A DNA stretch of 40,000 nucleotides from the NCBI RefSeq assembly GCF_061322215.1, contig NZ_CM196105.1, one strand, 5' to 3'. Both the position numbers and the translations under genes were made by a program. Under the pieces are notes generated by a model that was given only the letters and a program-made list of their open reading frames with translations, searched no databases and was not told where the DNA came from. Positions 11,146 through 21,625 of this stretch are shown here, in pieces (the first letter of the stretch is position 1; each line of letters starts with the position of its first letter).

Positions 11146-12756
11146 ATGAAAGGGAAATCTACATTAACTCTTCTGCTCGCTGGTATATTTTCGTGCGGCA
11201 CATGCCAGGCGACAGGGGCAGAAGTGACGAGTGAATCTGTATTTAACATTCTTAATTCCACGGGGGCAGCAACTGATAAAAGTTATTTATCGTTAAATCC
11301 AGATAAGTATCCTAATTATCGTCTTCTGATTCACTCAGCCAAATTAAAAAATGAAATAAAGAGCCACTATACCAAAGACGAAATTCAAGGATTGTTAACA
11401 TTAACAGAAAATACACGAAAGTTAACGTTGACGGAGAAACCCTGGGGAACATTTATTCTTGCTTCTACTTTCGAAGATGACAAAACAGCGGCAGAAACCC
11501 ACTATGATGCTGTCTGGCTGAGGGATAGTTTATGGGGCTATATGGCATTAGTATCAGATCAGGGAAATAGTGTAGCCGCAAAAAAGGTTCTGCTCACTCT
11601 GTGGGATTATATGTCTACGCCCGACCAGATTAAGCGGATGCAGGACGTCATTAGCAACCCAAAACGACTGGATGGTATTCCTGGGCAAATGAATGCTGTA
11701 CATATCCGATTTGACAGCAACTCCCCCGTGATGGCAGATGTGCAGGAAGAAGGCAAGCCGCAGCTGTGGAACCATAAACAAAATGATGCGTTAGGTCTTT
11801 ATCTTGATCTCCTTATACAAGCAATCGACACTGGTACTATTAACGCTGAAGATTGGCAAAAAGGTGACCGATTAAAATCGGTTGCGCTGCTGATTGCTTA
11901 TCTGGATGAAGCCAATTTCTATATTATGGAAGATTCCGGAGCGTGGGAAGAAGATGCCCGATTAAACACATCTTCCGTTGCACTGGTGACCTCTGGACTG
12001 GAACGTTTGTCAAACCTACTCTCGAAGAAAGACTCTGTTTTTGTCTCTGATTTACTACGCGAAGCTAAAGCCAATGAACTGGATGCAACTTTTTCAACAA
12101 CGAGGTTGAACCACCTCATAGATAAAGGTTATGAAAGAATAACGTTACAGCTTGATTTAGGGGGAGAATCCCCAGGTTATCTGGAAAAAGATAAACATTA
12201 CAGAGAAGCCGATGCGGCTTTACTTAATGTTATTTATCCTGCAAATCTTTCAAAGATAAATACCAGAAGAAAAGAGCAAGTTCTAAAAATAGTTAAAAAA
12301 CTAGCAGGTCCGTATGGTATAAAAAGATACGAGAAGGATAATTATCAGTCGGCAAATTTTTGGTTCAATGATATTAAAACCGATACCGATCAAAATTCAC
12401 ATGCGAAAAGAGAAATGAGCTTCATTCCATCAACAGAAGCAGAATGGTTTTTTGACTCATGGTATGCAAAATCAGCAGCAATTGTTTATAAAGAATCAAG
12501 AAAAGAAGAGTATTTGAATGACTCTGTGCAATTTATGAATAGATCATTGGCCCAAATAACAGGCGAGAATATGATTGGTGCAAATGGCAGGAGTGTACCT
12601 GAAATGGCACTTCCCGAAAGCTATAACTATATCCACAAGTCGGGAACTTTGCATGAAGCGCCAAGCCCTATCATTCCGCTAAATTGGTCGAAAGCTTCAA
12701 TGACTCTCATGTTGAAAGAGATGTCCAACCTTATCAATGATGAGGGAAATAAATAG
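11146..12756 (+). CDS. Exported glycoside hydrolase family 15-like / (alpha/alpha)6-barrel protein
   Basis: ORF track 11104..12756; start at 11146 gives a signal peptide (MKGKSTLTLLLAGIFSCGTCQA); YDAVWLRDSLWGYMAL, LWNHKQNDALGLYLDLL and FWFNDIKTDT resemble GH15 / phosphorylase kinase alpha type sequences. Confidence 0.65.
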   Translation: MKGKSTLTLLLAGIFSCGTCQATGAEVTSESVFNILNSTGAATDKSYLSLNPDKYPNYRLLIHSAKLKNEIKSHYTKDEIQGLLTLTENTRKLTLTEKPWGTFILASTFEDDKTAAETHYDAVWLRDSLWGYMALVSDQGNSVAAKKVLLTLWDYMSTPDQIKRMQDVISNPKRLDGIPGQMNAVHIRFDSNSPVMADVQEEGKPQLWNHKQNDALGLYLDLLIQAIDTGTINAEDWQKGDRLKSVALLIAYLDEANFYIMEDSGAWEEDARLNTSSVALVTSGLERLSNLLSKKDSVFVSDLLREAKANELDATFSTTRLNHLIDKGYERITLQLDLGGESPGYLEKDKHYREADAALLNVIYPANLSKINTRRKEQVLKIVKKLAGPYGIKRYEKDNYQSANFWFNDIKTDTDQNSHAKREMSFIPSTEAEWFFDSWYAKSAAIVYKESRKEEYLNDSVQFMNRSLAQITGENMIGANGRSVPEMALPESYNYIHKSGTLHEAPSPIIPLNWSKASMTLMLKEMSNLINDEGNK

Positions 12757-12822
12757 TTTTCATAATGAGGCGGTCCTGGATTAAAAGGACCGCTCAAAGA
12801 GAAATCGAAAGGGGAGGTAAAA

Positions 12823-13002
12823 GTGATCAATAAATTACTGTTAGCTTACCTGATAGGTCTGGTTGTGACATCGACCTTAATATTTATCTTCTCGGAAGAA
12901 AAAGTAACATATCGGTTGTTTGCTGCAGCAATTACAGGGTTGACCTGGCCGCTTAGCCTCATTCCATCCATCATAAGTCTCATGATTCGTAAATCCGACT
13001 AA
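12823..13002 (+). CDS. Small two-TM protein resembling GhoT/OrtT family membrane toxins (not in supplied ORF track)
   Basis: GTG start 6 nt after GGGGAGG; translation VINKLLLAYLIGLVVTSTLIFIFSEEKVTYRLFAAAITGLTWPLSLIPSIISLMIRKSD*; shares the S-E/D-K-..R-L..A...G.TWP-S pattern with GhoT and OrtT (recalled). Confidence 0.7.
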   Translation: MINKLLLAYLIGLVVTSTLIFIFSEEKVTYRLFAAAITGLTWPLSLIPSIISLMIRKSD

Positions 13003-13347
13003 CAAGAAAATTATATGAACGATTAAGAAAAATAGAGTCGAAAAAGAGAATAAAATATATGCGGGGAGTAACAAAACACTCGCAGTGCGTTAATGTGTAA
13101 CTAACAAATATGATTTTTATTGAAAATAGTCACCAAACAAGTGTTATAAGAAATACGGGGTATGTTTAAGTAAAACATATCAACAGTTGCAATTCTGTAT
13201 ATGGACAGGATGACTTACTACTGTAAGTAGCTGATAGCTATTCGCTCATAACAAAATCATTATTTTATAAATAGGAATCATCACTTTTTAATCATGTTTT
13301 TATTGCAAGTTTATGGAGAATGAGAATATGGAATAAGGAGATGAAAC

Positions 13348-14097
13348 ATGATTGAAGAAGGGCTGTTACTTCCAATGAATGTTTTGCTTCAAGGACAGAG
13401 GTTAACCCTACTCGACCCTGAAATGTGGTTCTTACGGGGAAATGAAAACAAGGATGTAACCCTTGTTATTACGATTGGTAATAACCATCAAAAATTAATG
13501 GTAGTGGAAGACATATTACTGCTCATTGACCGAAGCCAAATTGAGGTAACTGCAGGGAAAGTAATTTATCATCCACTTCGCATTGATATCCTGAGTAAAT
13601 TATTAGCTTTTATTGATGAATCAACGGGGAGTGTGGAAAGGGAACACCATGAGTTGTTTGCTGATGCCTTGCCCTTTGCATCAGAAGTTGTGCTATTCAG
13701 TAAAGTTGCAAGTGAAGCCTGGTTTTTAGCCACTTATCTGAGCAGCGATAATATTAATGAAATTCTGTTTCAGCATCTAAGAAAAACAGAATGCTATAAA
13801 CTGGTTCGCTATTTATTATCGCAATCGCTCATACAGACTTCACTCTATGATCTTGGTGAGCTTTACGGCGTATCGTATTCACATTTTCGCCGTTTATGTA
13901 GTTATGCATTGGGTGGTAAAGTTAAAACGGAATTATGTGGCTGGAGAGTTGCCAGAGCCGTGTTGGAAATCATTGAAGGAAACAGTGATATGACAACTAT
14001 TGCGCATAAATATGGCTACTCATCCTCATCACACTTTTCAGCCGAAGTAAAAAGCCGGTTAGGAAAAACACCGAGAGAACTATGTAAAAAGTTATGA
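13348..14097 (+). CDS. eivF: AraC-family regulator EivF (InvF-like)
   Basis: 249 aa; C-terminal AraC HTH (LGELYGVSYSHFRRLC...IAHKYGYSSSSHFSAEVKSRLGKTPRELCKK); first gene of the inv-like cluster. Confidence 0.92.
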   Translation: MIEEGLLLPMNVLLQGQRLTLLDPEMWFLRGNENKDVTLVITIGNNHQKLMVVEDILLLIDRSQIEVTAGKVIYHPLRIDILSKLLAFIDESTGSVEREHHELFADALPFASEVVLFSKVASEAWFLATYLSSDNINEILFQHLRKTECYKLVRYLLSQSLIQTSLYDLGELYGVSYSHFRRLCSYALGGKVKTELCGWRVARAVLEIIEGNSDMTTIAHKYGYSSSSHFSAEVKSRLGKTPRELCKKL

Positions 14098-15797
14098 AAA
14101 TAAAATTACGTATTACTATTATATTAATTTCAGCCTTATGCATTTTTAATGGATTATTGACTCCTGGTGCATATGCCGCAACAGCGAATGGATACGTAGC
14201 AAATAAAGAAAATCTACGTAGTTTTTTTGAAACGGTTTCATCATATGCGGGTAAGCCTACAATAGTTAGTAAGCTTGCCATGAAGAAACAGATCAGCGGA
14301 AATTTTGATTTAACCGAACCCTATGCCTTGATTGAACGCCTGTCGGCGCAGATGGGGCTTATTTGGTATGATGATGGCAAAGCTATTTATATCTATGACT
14401 CATCAGAGATGCGTAATGCACTGATTAATCTGAGAAAGGTATCGACGAATGAGTTTAATCATTTTTTAAAAAAATCAGGTCTGTATAACTCTCGTTATGA
14501 AATTAAAGGGGGAGGCAATGGTACTTTCTATGTTTCAGGGCCACCGGTGTATGTTGACCTGGTCGTTAATGCTGCAAAATTGATGGAGCAAAACAGCGAT
14601 GGCATCGAGATCGGACGAAATAAAGTAGGAATAATTCATCTGGTCAACACATTCGTTAATGATCGGACTTATGAATTACGTGGCGAAAAGATAGTTATTC
14701 CTGGCATGGCAAAAGTACTATCGACATTGTTAAATAATAACATTAAGCAAAGCACTGGGGTTAACGTACTTTCTGAAATTTCAAGTCGTCAACAACTAAA
14801 AAACGTATCACGTATGCCTCCTTTTCCTGGTGCTGAAGAAGATGATGACCTACAAGTAGAGAAAATAATATCGACAGCTGGAGCGCCAGAGACTGACGAT
14901 ATACAAATTATTGCATATCCTGATACCAACAGTTTACTTGTTAAAGGAACAGTATCTCAGGTTGATTTTATCGAGAAGTTAGTAGCTACGCTCGATATTC
15001 CAAAGCGACATATTGAATTATCTTTATGGATAATAGATATTGATAAGACTGATCTAGAACAGTTAGGAGCTGACTGGTCGGGCACGATAAAAATTGGATC
15101 CAGCCTAAGTGCATCATTTAATAATTCAGGTTCAATTAGTACCCTGGATGGGACACAGTTTATTGCAACAATACAGGCACTTGCGCAAAAAAGAAGAGCC
15201 GCCGTTGTTGCTCGTCCTGTCGTTTTAACACAGGAGAATATTCCTGCTATATTTGATAATAACCGTACTTTCTATACTAAATTAGTCGGCGAGCGTACTG
15301 CGGAATTGGATGAAGTAACCTATGGTACGATGATTAGCGTGCTACCACGATTTGCTGCGCGAAATCAAATTGAATTACTCTTGAATATTGAAGATGGCAA
15401 TGAAATCAATTCTGACAAGACCAATGTTGATGATCTGCCTCAGGTTGGTAGAACGCTTATAAGTACTATTGCGCGCGTGCCTCAAGGGAAAAGTCTTTTG
15501 ATTGGTGGATATACACGAGATACGAATACCTATGAAAGTCGCAAGATCCCAATATTAGGCAGTATTCCATTTATTGGTAAATTATTTGGATATGAAGGAA
15601 CAAATGCGAATAACATCGTTCGTGTCTTTCTTATTGAGCCAAGAGAGATCGATGAGCGCATGATGAATAATGCGAATGAGGCTGCGGTTGACGCCAGAGC
15701 AATAACACAGCAAATGGTAAAAAATAAAGAAATCAACGATGAATTACTGCAGAAATGGATAAAAACTTACCTGAATCGTGAAGTCGTCGGAGGATAG
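14094..15797 (+). CDS. eivG: T3SS outer-membrane secretin EivG (InvG/SctC)
   Basis: 567 aa with signal peptide and secretin domain (VPQGKSLLIGGYTRD...IPILGSIPFIGKLF); ATGA overlap with eivF. Confidence 0.95.
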   Translation: MKIKLRITIILISALCIFNGLLTPGAYAATANGYVANKENLRSFFETVSSYAGKPTIVSKLAMKKQISGNFDLTEPYALIERLSAQMGLIWYDDGKAIYIYDSSEMRNALINLRKVSTNEFNHFLKKSGLYNSRYEIKGGGNGTFYVSGPPVYVDLVVNAAKLMEQNSDGIEIGRNKVGIIHLVNTFVNDRTYELRGEKIVIPGMAKVLSTLLNNNIKQSTGVNVLSEISSRQQLKNVSRMPPFPGAEEDDDLQVEKIISTAGAPETDDIQIIAYPDTNSLLVKGTVSQVDFIEKLVATLDIPKRHIELSLWIIDIDKTDLEQLGADWSGTIKIGSSLSASFNNSGSISTLDGTQFIATIQALAQKRRAAVVARPVVLTQENIPAIFDNNRTFYTKLVGERTAELDEVTYGTMISVLPRFAARNQIELLLNIEDGNEINSDKTNVDDLPQVGRTLISTIARVPQGKSLLIGGYTRDTNTYESRKIPILGSIPFIGKLFGYEGTNANNIVRVFLIEPREIDERMMNNANEAAVDARAITQQMVKNKEINDELLQKWIKTYLNREVVGG

Positions 15798-15801
15798 TGA
15801 A

Positions 15802-16947
15802 ATGGCGATTCATGTAGAACATGTCGGTGTATTAGAAAGAGCCAGAGAAGTTTCTCGCTTAGAGGACATTATCACAGAAGATAATGAAGATATTGAAGCT
15901 GAAATGCCTAAAATGGGGGATGATCCCGCCGGTAAAGAAGCTCGATTCTTACAAGCTACTGACGAGATGTCAGCAGCGTTAACGCAGTTTATGAAGAAAA
16001 AAATCTACGAAGAACAACTGGCCAACTTTCTGGACGGAGAAGAATATGTCCTGGAAGATCAGCCAATAGAAAAAACCGATAAAGTCATGGAGGCGCTTAA
16101 GGCAGCAACTACCCATGACTATGAAGTGTATAGCTTTGCTAAAAAATTATTTCCAGATGAAAGCGATCTGGTGGTTGTATTACGTGCAATTTTACGTAAA
16201 AAACAAATATCTGAAAATGTGCGGCTAAACGCTGAAACATTACTTAAAAAAGTTAATCAAGAGACTACTAAAAAATTCATTAATAGCGGTATTAACTCGG
16301 CATTAAAAGCAAAGTTATTTGGCCAGGCGTTGTCATTAAATCCAAAATTACTAAGGGCAAGTTATCGACAATTTTTAATGGCAGAAGACGATGCTGTAGA
16401 TACTTATGTCGAATGGATTGGTAGTTATGGCTATCAAAATAGAATGCTGGTGACAAAATTTATCAAAGAGACGCTTTTCTCAGATATAAATGCACTTGAT
16501 GCGAGCTGTTCATCATTGGAATTTGGTATGTTTCTCAATAAGTTGTCACAACTATTGTCTCTTCAGTCGGCAGAGGCTTTATTTCTGAAAACTTTAATGA
16601 ATAACCCAATAATTAATAAATTTATTAGCGCAGAAGATTATTGGATATTTTTTCTGATATCGTTAATAAAATTTCCTGAGACTGCAGAGGAACTCCTGAA
16701 AAATGCACTGGTAACCCTACCCGCAGATGCTAATTATAAAGACAAAACGTTACTCCTGAAGGCGATTTACAGCGGATGTACAAATCTTCCATTTTCACTT
16801 TTTATTAATAATGAACAATTATTAGAGATTAGGGAGTGTTGTAAACAGGCAATAAAAGTAACATTTGCAGCAGAGCTCTTTGATACACAAAACAGTAATA
16901 AAAAACAAAATAAAAAACCATGGAAGAAGGTAATGTTCAATGTTTAA
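15802..16947 (+). CDS. eivE: T3SS gatekeeper EivE (InvE/SctW)
   Basis: ORF track 15778..16947; ATG at 15802 has an upstream GGAGG; invGEA order. Confidence 0.9.
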   Translation: MAIHVEHVGVLERAREVSRLEDIITEDNEDIEAEMPKMGDDPAGKEARFLQATDEMSAALTQFMKKKIYEEQLANFLDGEEYVLEDQPIEKTDKVMEALKAATTHDYEVYSFAKKLFPDESDLVVVLRAILRKKQISENVRLNAETLLKKVNQETTKKFINSGINSALKAKLFGQALSLNPKLLRASYRQFLMAEDDAVDTYVEWIGSYGYQNRMLVTKFIKETLFSDINALDASCSSLEFGMFLNKLSQLLSLQSAEALFLKTLMNNPIINKFISAEDYWIFFLISLIKFPETAEELLKNALVTLPADANYKDKTLLLKAIYSGCTNLPFSLFINNEQLLEIRECCKQAIKVTFAAELFDTQNSNKKQNKKPWKKVMFNV

Positions 16948-19000
16948 CAAAGTTTTGATAGGGTTAAGGAGTCATCCAGAATTAATAATTCTTGGATTAA
17001 TGGTGATGATTATCGCCATGCTCATAATTCCATTGCCCACCTACTTAATCGATTTTTTGATTGGGCTGAACTTAACATTGGCAATACTTGTATTTTTAGG
17101 ATCATTCTATGTTGATAGGATCTTAAGTTTTTCTTCATTCCCATCAATTCTTCTCATCACAACGTTATTTCGTTTGGCGCTGGCGATCAGTACCAGCCGA
17201 CTTATACTTCTTGAGGCGGACGCCGGAGAAATTATAACGAGTTTTGGTGAATTCGTTATTGGCGATAGCCTGGTAGTTGGTTTTGTTATTTTCTCCATTG
17301 TGACTATTGTTCAGTTTATCGTGATTACTAAAGGTTCGGAACGTGTGGCTGAAGTTGCTGCCCGCTTTTCGCTTGACGGTATGCCAGGTAAACAAATGAG
17401 TATTGACGCCGATCTACGCGCCGGGATCATTGATGCAGATTTAGCAAAAGAACGTCGTAGCGTATTAGAACGAGAGAGTCAGCTGTATGGTTCCTTTGAT
17501 GGTGCGATGAAATTTATCAAAGGTGATGCTATTGCAAACATTATTATTATCTTTGTTAATATTATCGGTGGGCTATCAGTAGGAGTAGGCCAAAATGGAA
17601 TGGATTTCTCGACAGCGTTGACCGTCTACACAATTCTTACCGTCGGTGATGGTCTTGTTTCTCAAATTCCAGCTTTATTAATTGCTATTAGCGCAGGGTT
17701 TATCGTAACGCGCGTGAATGGCGATAGTGATAATATGGGGCAAAATATAATGTCCCAGTTATTAAGTAATTCTTTTGTCATTATTGTGACATGTGTCCTC
17801 GCGCTAAGTATTGGGTTGCTTCCAGGTTTTCCCCTTCTTGTGTTTTTATGTTTGGCAGTAATCTTAGGAATTTATTTTTACTTTAAATTCAAAAAGAAAG
17901 GGGTTGAAGAAACGGTTGTTGAGGGAGATATCACCGTTGGGTTGGAACCCTATAATCAGGATGATGATATTTCATTAGGTATTATTAATAAACTTGATCA
18001 GGTTATTACCGAAACGGTACCCTTGGTTTTGATTATGAATAGTGTACAGGCTAAAAAATACACTGAAATCAATCTTGCTGATAGGATTCGTAGTCAGTTT
18101 TTTATTGAATATGGTATCCGTATTCCCGGTATTGTCATTCGCGAGGGGGAAGGCCTTAATGATGAAGATGTCATATTAATGCTAAATGAAGTCAGAGCCT
18201 CGCAATTTAAAATTTATCATGATCTCGTCTTGTTGGTTGAATATTCAGATGAAGTGGTTTCGACTTTGATCAAGAAACCTGTCATCGTAAATAGTAATGG
18301 TGAACAATATTATTGGGTTACAAAAAGTGATGCCCAAAAATTAACAAAAATTGGCTGTTATACTCGCACGGCCATGGATGAAATGTACAATCATTTATCT
18401 GTATGTCTGGCGCATAATATTAATGAGTATTTTGGTATACAAGAAACTAAATATATTCTTGATCAATTAGAGATGAAGTATCCTGATCTATTAAAAGAAA
18501 TATTAAGATATATAACCGTGCAGCGCATTTCAGAGGTAATTCAGCGTCTGATCCAGGAGCGAATTTCAGTGCGCAATATGCGTTTAGTTATGGAGGCTTT
18601 AGCATTATGGAGCCCACGAGAGAAAGATATAATTACACTCGTCGAGCATGTACGAGGTGCATTAGGTCGCTACATTTGCCATAAGTTTTCATATTCTGGA
18701 GAAATTAAAGCAATTGTGATTTCGCCTGAAATAGAGGACAGAATCAGAGATGGTGTCAGGCCTACCGCTGGCGGTACTTTTCTTAATCTCGATGCATCCG
18801 AAGCTGAGATGATTCTGGATAATTTTAAACTGGCTCTTTCTGGAATCAATATTCCTATTAAAGACATTATTTTACTGGGTTCTGTGGATATTCGTCGTTT
18901 TATCAAAAAACTTATTGAATCTAGTTATCGAGACCTCGAAGTACTTTCGTACGGGGAACTAACGGAAAATGTTCCCGTTAATATTCTGAAAACTATTTAG
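16940..19000 (+). CDS. eivA: T3SS export gate protein EivA (InvA/SctV)
   Basis: 686 aa; FHIPEP signature regions ([24 protein letters not shown]); full length. Confidence 0.97.
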   Translation: MFNKVLIGLRSHPELIILGLMVMIIAMLIIPLPTYLIDFLIGLNLTLAILVFLGSFYVDRILSFSSFPSILLITTLFRLALAISTSRLILLEADAGEIITSFGEFVIGDSLVVGFVIFSIVTIVQFIVITKGSERVAEVAARFSLDGMPGKQMSIDADLRAGIIDADLAKERRSVLERESQLYGSFDGAMKFIKGDAIANIIIIFVNIIGGLSVGVGQNGMDFSTALTVYTILTVGDGLVSQIPALLIAISAGFIVTRVNGDSDNMGQNIMSQLLSNSFVIIVTCVLALSIGLLPGFPLLVFLCLAVILGIYFYFKFKKKGVEETVVEGDITVGLEPYNQDDDISLGIINKLDQVITETVPLVLIMNSVQAKKYTEINLADRIRSQFFIEYGIRIPGIVIREGEGLNDEDVILMLNEVRASQFKIYHDLVLLVEYSDEVVSTLIKKPVIVNSNGEQYYWVTKSDAQKLTKIGCYTRTAMDEMYNHLSVCLAHNINEYFGIQETKYILDQLEMKYPDLLKEILRYITVQRISEVIQRLIQERISVRNMRLVMEALALWSPREKDIITLVEHVRGALGRYICHKFSYSGEIKAIVISPEIEDRIRDGVRPTAGGTFLNLDASEAEMILDNFKLALSGINIPIKDIILLGSVDIRRFIKKLIESSYRDLEVLSYGELTENVPVNILKTI

Positions 19001-19004
19001 GATA

Positions 19005-20324
19005 ATGTCTTGCGATATGGAGCATGCTGGTATGAAAAAATTAAAGCTATTAAATAAATACAGCTACTTACATAGCATAAACGGCTCGCTGATTGAAGCA
19101 GAGCTTGACGACGTTTCAGTGGGCGAAGTATGCGAAATTTATGCGAGCTGGCAAGCAAATGAACGTATAGCCAGGGCTCAGGTCGTTGGCTTTCGCAATG
19201 GAAAGACATTATTAAACCTTATAGGCAGCTCTGTGGGGCTTACACGTACTGCAGTTTTGAAACCAACGGGAGAGCAGTTAACCATACAGATCAGTGATGC
19301 CTTTCTTGGTTCAGTTTTGAATGCTTCTGGTCAAATTATGGAAAGGTTTGTCCCGGACACTCCAGGCGAAAGGGGAAATTTACGCCTGATTGATGAACTG
19401 CCACCGTCGTATCAGGAACGTCGAGTTATTAATACACCACTAGAGACACGGATAAGAGTCATTGATGGCGTACTGACATGTGGCATTGGTCAACGTGTTG
19501 GGATTTTCGCATCGGCTGGCTGTGGCAAAACGGTTTTAATGCATATGCTTGTAAACAACACTGAAGCTGATGTGTTTGTTATTGGCTTGATTGGCGAACG
19601 TGGAAGGGAAGTTACGGAATGCGCGGAATCGCTGAAAAAATCAGTAAATGCAGCAAAATGTGTTTTGGTTTATGCCACCTCTGATTTTTCGTCAGTAGAT
19701 CGGTGTAATGCCGCCCTGATGGCGACAACCGTGGCAGAGTATTTTAGAGATCGTGGAAAGAGAGTTGTACTTTTTATCGACTCAATGACGCGGTATGCAC
19801 GAGCACTACGCGATATGAAGCTGGCAGCGGGTGAACCACCTGCCAGGCGTGGTTATCCTGCTTCTGTTTTTGACAGTTTACCTCGCTTACTGGAGAGGCC
19901 GGGACCAACACTAAAAGGAAGTATTACTGCGTTTTATACCGTATTACTGGAGGGGGAGGATGAATCAGACCCACTGGGTGATGAAATTCGCTCAATCCTT
20001 GATGGCCATATCTATCTAAGTCGCAAACTCGCTGGGCAAGGTCATTATCCGGCAATAGATGTTCTAAAAAGTGTGAGTCGAGTATTTGGTCAGGTCACTG
20101 ATGAAAAACACAGAGATAATGCTGCACGGGTAAGGAAGATCCTCACAACTTTGGAAGATCTACAGGTGTTTATTGATTTAGGGGAATATCGCGCTGGGCA
20201 AAATGTTGAAAATGATTTTGCTATGAATGCCCGGCCTAAACTCACAAATTGGTTAAAACAGTCAGTTAATGAAAAAATGCCAATGAGTGAAACGCTAAAA
20301 GAGCTTGAACGAATTGTTAAGTAA
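19005..20324 (+). CDS. eivC: T3SS ATPase EivC (InvC/SctN)
   Basis: 439 aa; Walker A region [18 protein letters not shown], Walker [18 protein letters not shown]. Real start may be 19017 or 19032. Confidence 0.96.
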   Translation: MSCDMEHAGMKKLKLLNKYSYLHSINGSLIEAELDDVSVGEVCEIYASWQANERIARAQVVGFRNGKTLLNLIGSSVGLTRTAVLKPTGEQLTIQISDAFLGSVLNASGQIMERFVPDTPGERGNLRLIDELPPSYQERRVINTPLETRIRVIDGVLTCGIGQRVGIFASAGCGKTVLMHMLVNNTEADVFVIGLIGERGREVTECAESLKKSVNAAKCVLVYATSDFSSVDRCNAALMATTVAEYFRDRGKRVVLFIDSMTRYARALRDMKLAAGEPPARRGYPASVFDSLPRLLERPGPTLKGSITAFYTVLLEGEDESDPLGDEIRSILDGHIYLSRKLAGQGHYPAIDVLKSVSRVFGQVTDEKHRDNAARVRKILTTLEDLQVFIDLGEYRAGQNVENDFAMNARPKLTNWLKQSVNEKMPMSETLKELERIVK

Positions 20325-20772
20325 AGTTAATCGACTTATCAGAAGAACAGCGCAGAGCCTGGCTGCATGTGAAGCATCATTACAAAAGTTAAATGTAGAA
20401 AAAGAAAAGTTAGTCGAAAAGGAACGGCTGTATGATATGCAACTTAAAAACCTACAGTCACTGTTAGATATGAAGGAGTTACTCGGCGAAGTAGTATTTC
20501 GCCAGGATATATTTTACTCGTTACGTAAAGTTGCAGTCATTCAGCAGCAGATCGCTGAGATAAATCTTGAAAAGCAAAAAATAGCAGAGCGGCGAAAAAT
20601 ACTTAACAAGGAAATAGTTCAACAGCAAGCACAAAGAAAACACTGGTGGCTAAAAGGAGAAAAGTACGATCGACTAAAGAAGCGCATCAAAAAACAACTT
20701 TTAAATCAGATGCTTTATCAAGACGAGCTTGAACAGGAGGAGAAATATAATGGACGAAGTCAAGAAAATTGA
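20305..20772 (+). CDS. eivI: T3SS stalk protein EivI (InvI/SpaM/SctO)
   Basis: 155 aa coiled-coil protein between ATPase and SpaN-like gene; position conserved. Confidence 0.85.
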   Translation: MNELLSKVNRLIRRTAQSLAACEASLQKLNVEKEKLVEKERLYDMQLKNLQSLLDMKELLGEVVFRQDIFYSLRKVAVIQQQIAEINLEKQKIAERRKILNKEIVQQQAQRKHWWLKGEKYDRLKKRIKKQLLNQMLYQDELEQEEKYNGRSQEN

Positions 20773-21625
20773 ACATTATAAAAATTTAAACACAGACACA
20801 TCCGAGAATTCTGCTGCGGATTTAGACAGTTTCTTAAAGAAAAACAAAAAAAATAAAGAAATGAGTGAGATTGTTGCTGGATCCATTCTCCAGTTATTAC
20901 GTCAGGCTCAGGATAGCCAATTCCCTACGTTTGGGAAAAAGAATGGGCAAATGAAGTCTATTGATAACAAATCGTCTCTCCAGGTTGACAGGAATTCATC
21001 TTTTTCTTTGCAAACAAATGGAATAGAGCAACTTTCTACAAAGAAAGTCCTCAATATGACTTCACGATATCAGGGTGTTAATTCTGAACTATCTGATAAA
21101 GCGATACAATTTAAGGGGGAAATCCATAATGGTATCCATACAGAAAACATCACGGTTCAAAACCACAGTAATAATAAAGAGCGTGAAAAAAAATATCGCG
21201 ATGGAGACAAAAAAAATGGAGAGCAGGCCCATTTATTAGATATTACTAACGAAAGAAGGTTTGCTGATAACAAAATCATGTTTACTCAACATATCGAAAA
21301 GCAAAGGAATGTTCATACGCTCAATCAGAATGATATAAATAATTCTGTTAATAGTGCCAATGTACCCGAAAATGAATTGACATATCAGTTTCAGCGTTGG
21401 GGACAGAATCATACAGTTCGGATTCTGGAAAGTAGTGAAGGGATACGACTAAAACCATCAGACACGATTGTCTCCGACAGACTCCATGAAGCCCAACACA
21501 ATGATGTTACAGCACAACGTTGGGTATTGACTGAGCAAGATGAACGACAAGGGCAACGACATCAGCCTCATGATGAGCAAGAAAATGAAGGTAAATTCGA
21601 AAACGATCAGAAGGACGAAAGTTAA
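20750..21625 (+). CDS. eivJ: T3SS needle-length regulator-like EivJ (InvJ/SpaN/SctP)
   Basis: ORF track 20729..21625; ATG at 20750 follows AGGAGGAG; low-complexity Asn/Gln/Lys-rich protein in the spaN position. Confidence 0.85.
   Translation: MDEVKKIEHYKNLNTDTSENSAADLDSFLKKNKKNKEMSEIVAGSILQLLRQAQDSQFPTFGKKNGQMKSIDNKSSLQVDRNSSFSLQTNGIEQLSTKKVLNMTSRYQGVNSELSDKAIQFKGEIHNGIHTENITVQNHSNNKEREKKYRDGDKKNGEQAHLLDITNERRFADNKIMFTQHIEKQRNVHTLNQNDINNSVNSANVPENELTYQFQRWGQNHTVRILESSEGIRLKPSDTIVSDRLHEAQHNDVTAQRWVLTEQDERQGQRHQPHDEQENEGKFENDQKDES

Noticed and set aside
11554-12119. Minus-strand ORFs inside the GH15-like gene
   Set aside because: Antisense to a long ORF with a plausible signal peptide and domain motifs.
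12877-13074. 65-aa minus-strand ORF
   Set aside because: Antisense to the GhoT/OrtT-like ORF; apparent hydrophobicity follows from the opposite strand encoding TM segments.
20305-21625. Overlaps among eivI and eivJ as possible frameshift damage
   Set aside because: The ATG at 20750 with a strong SD gives normal translational coupling, as in SPI-1 spa genes.
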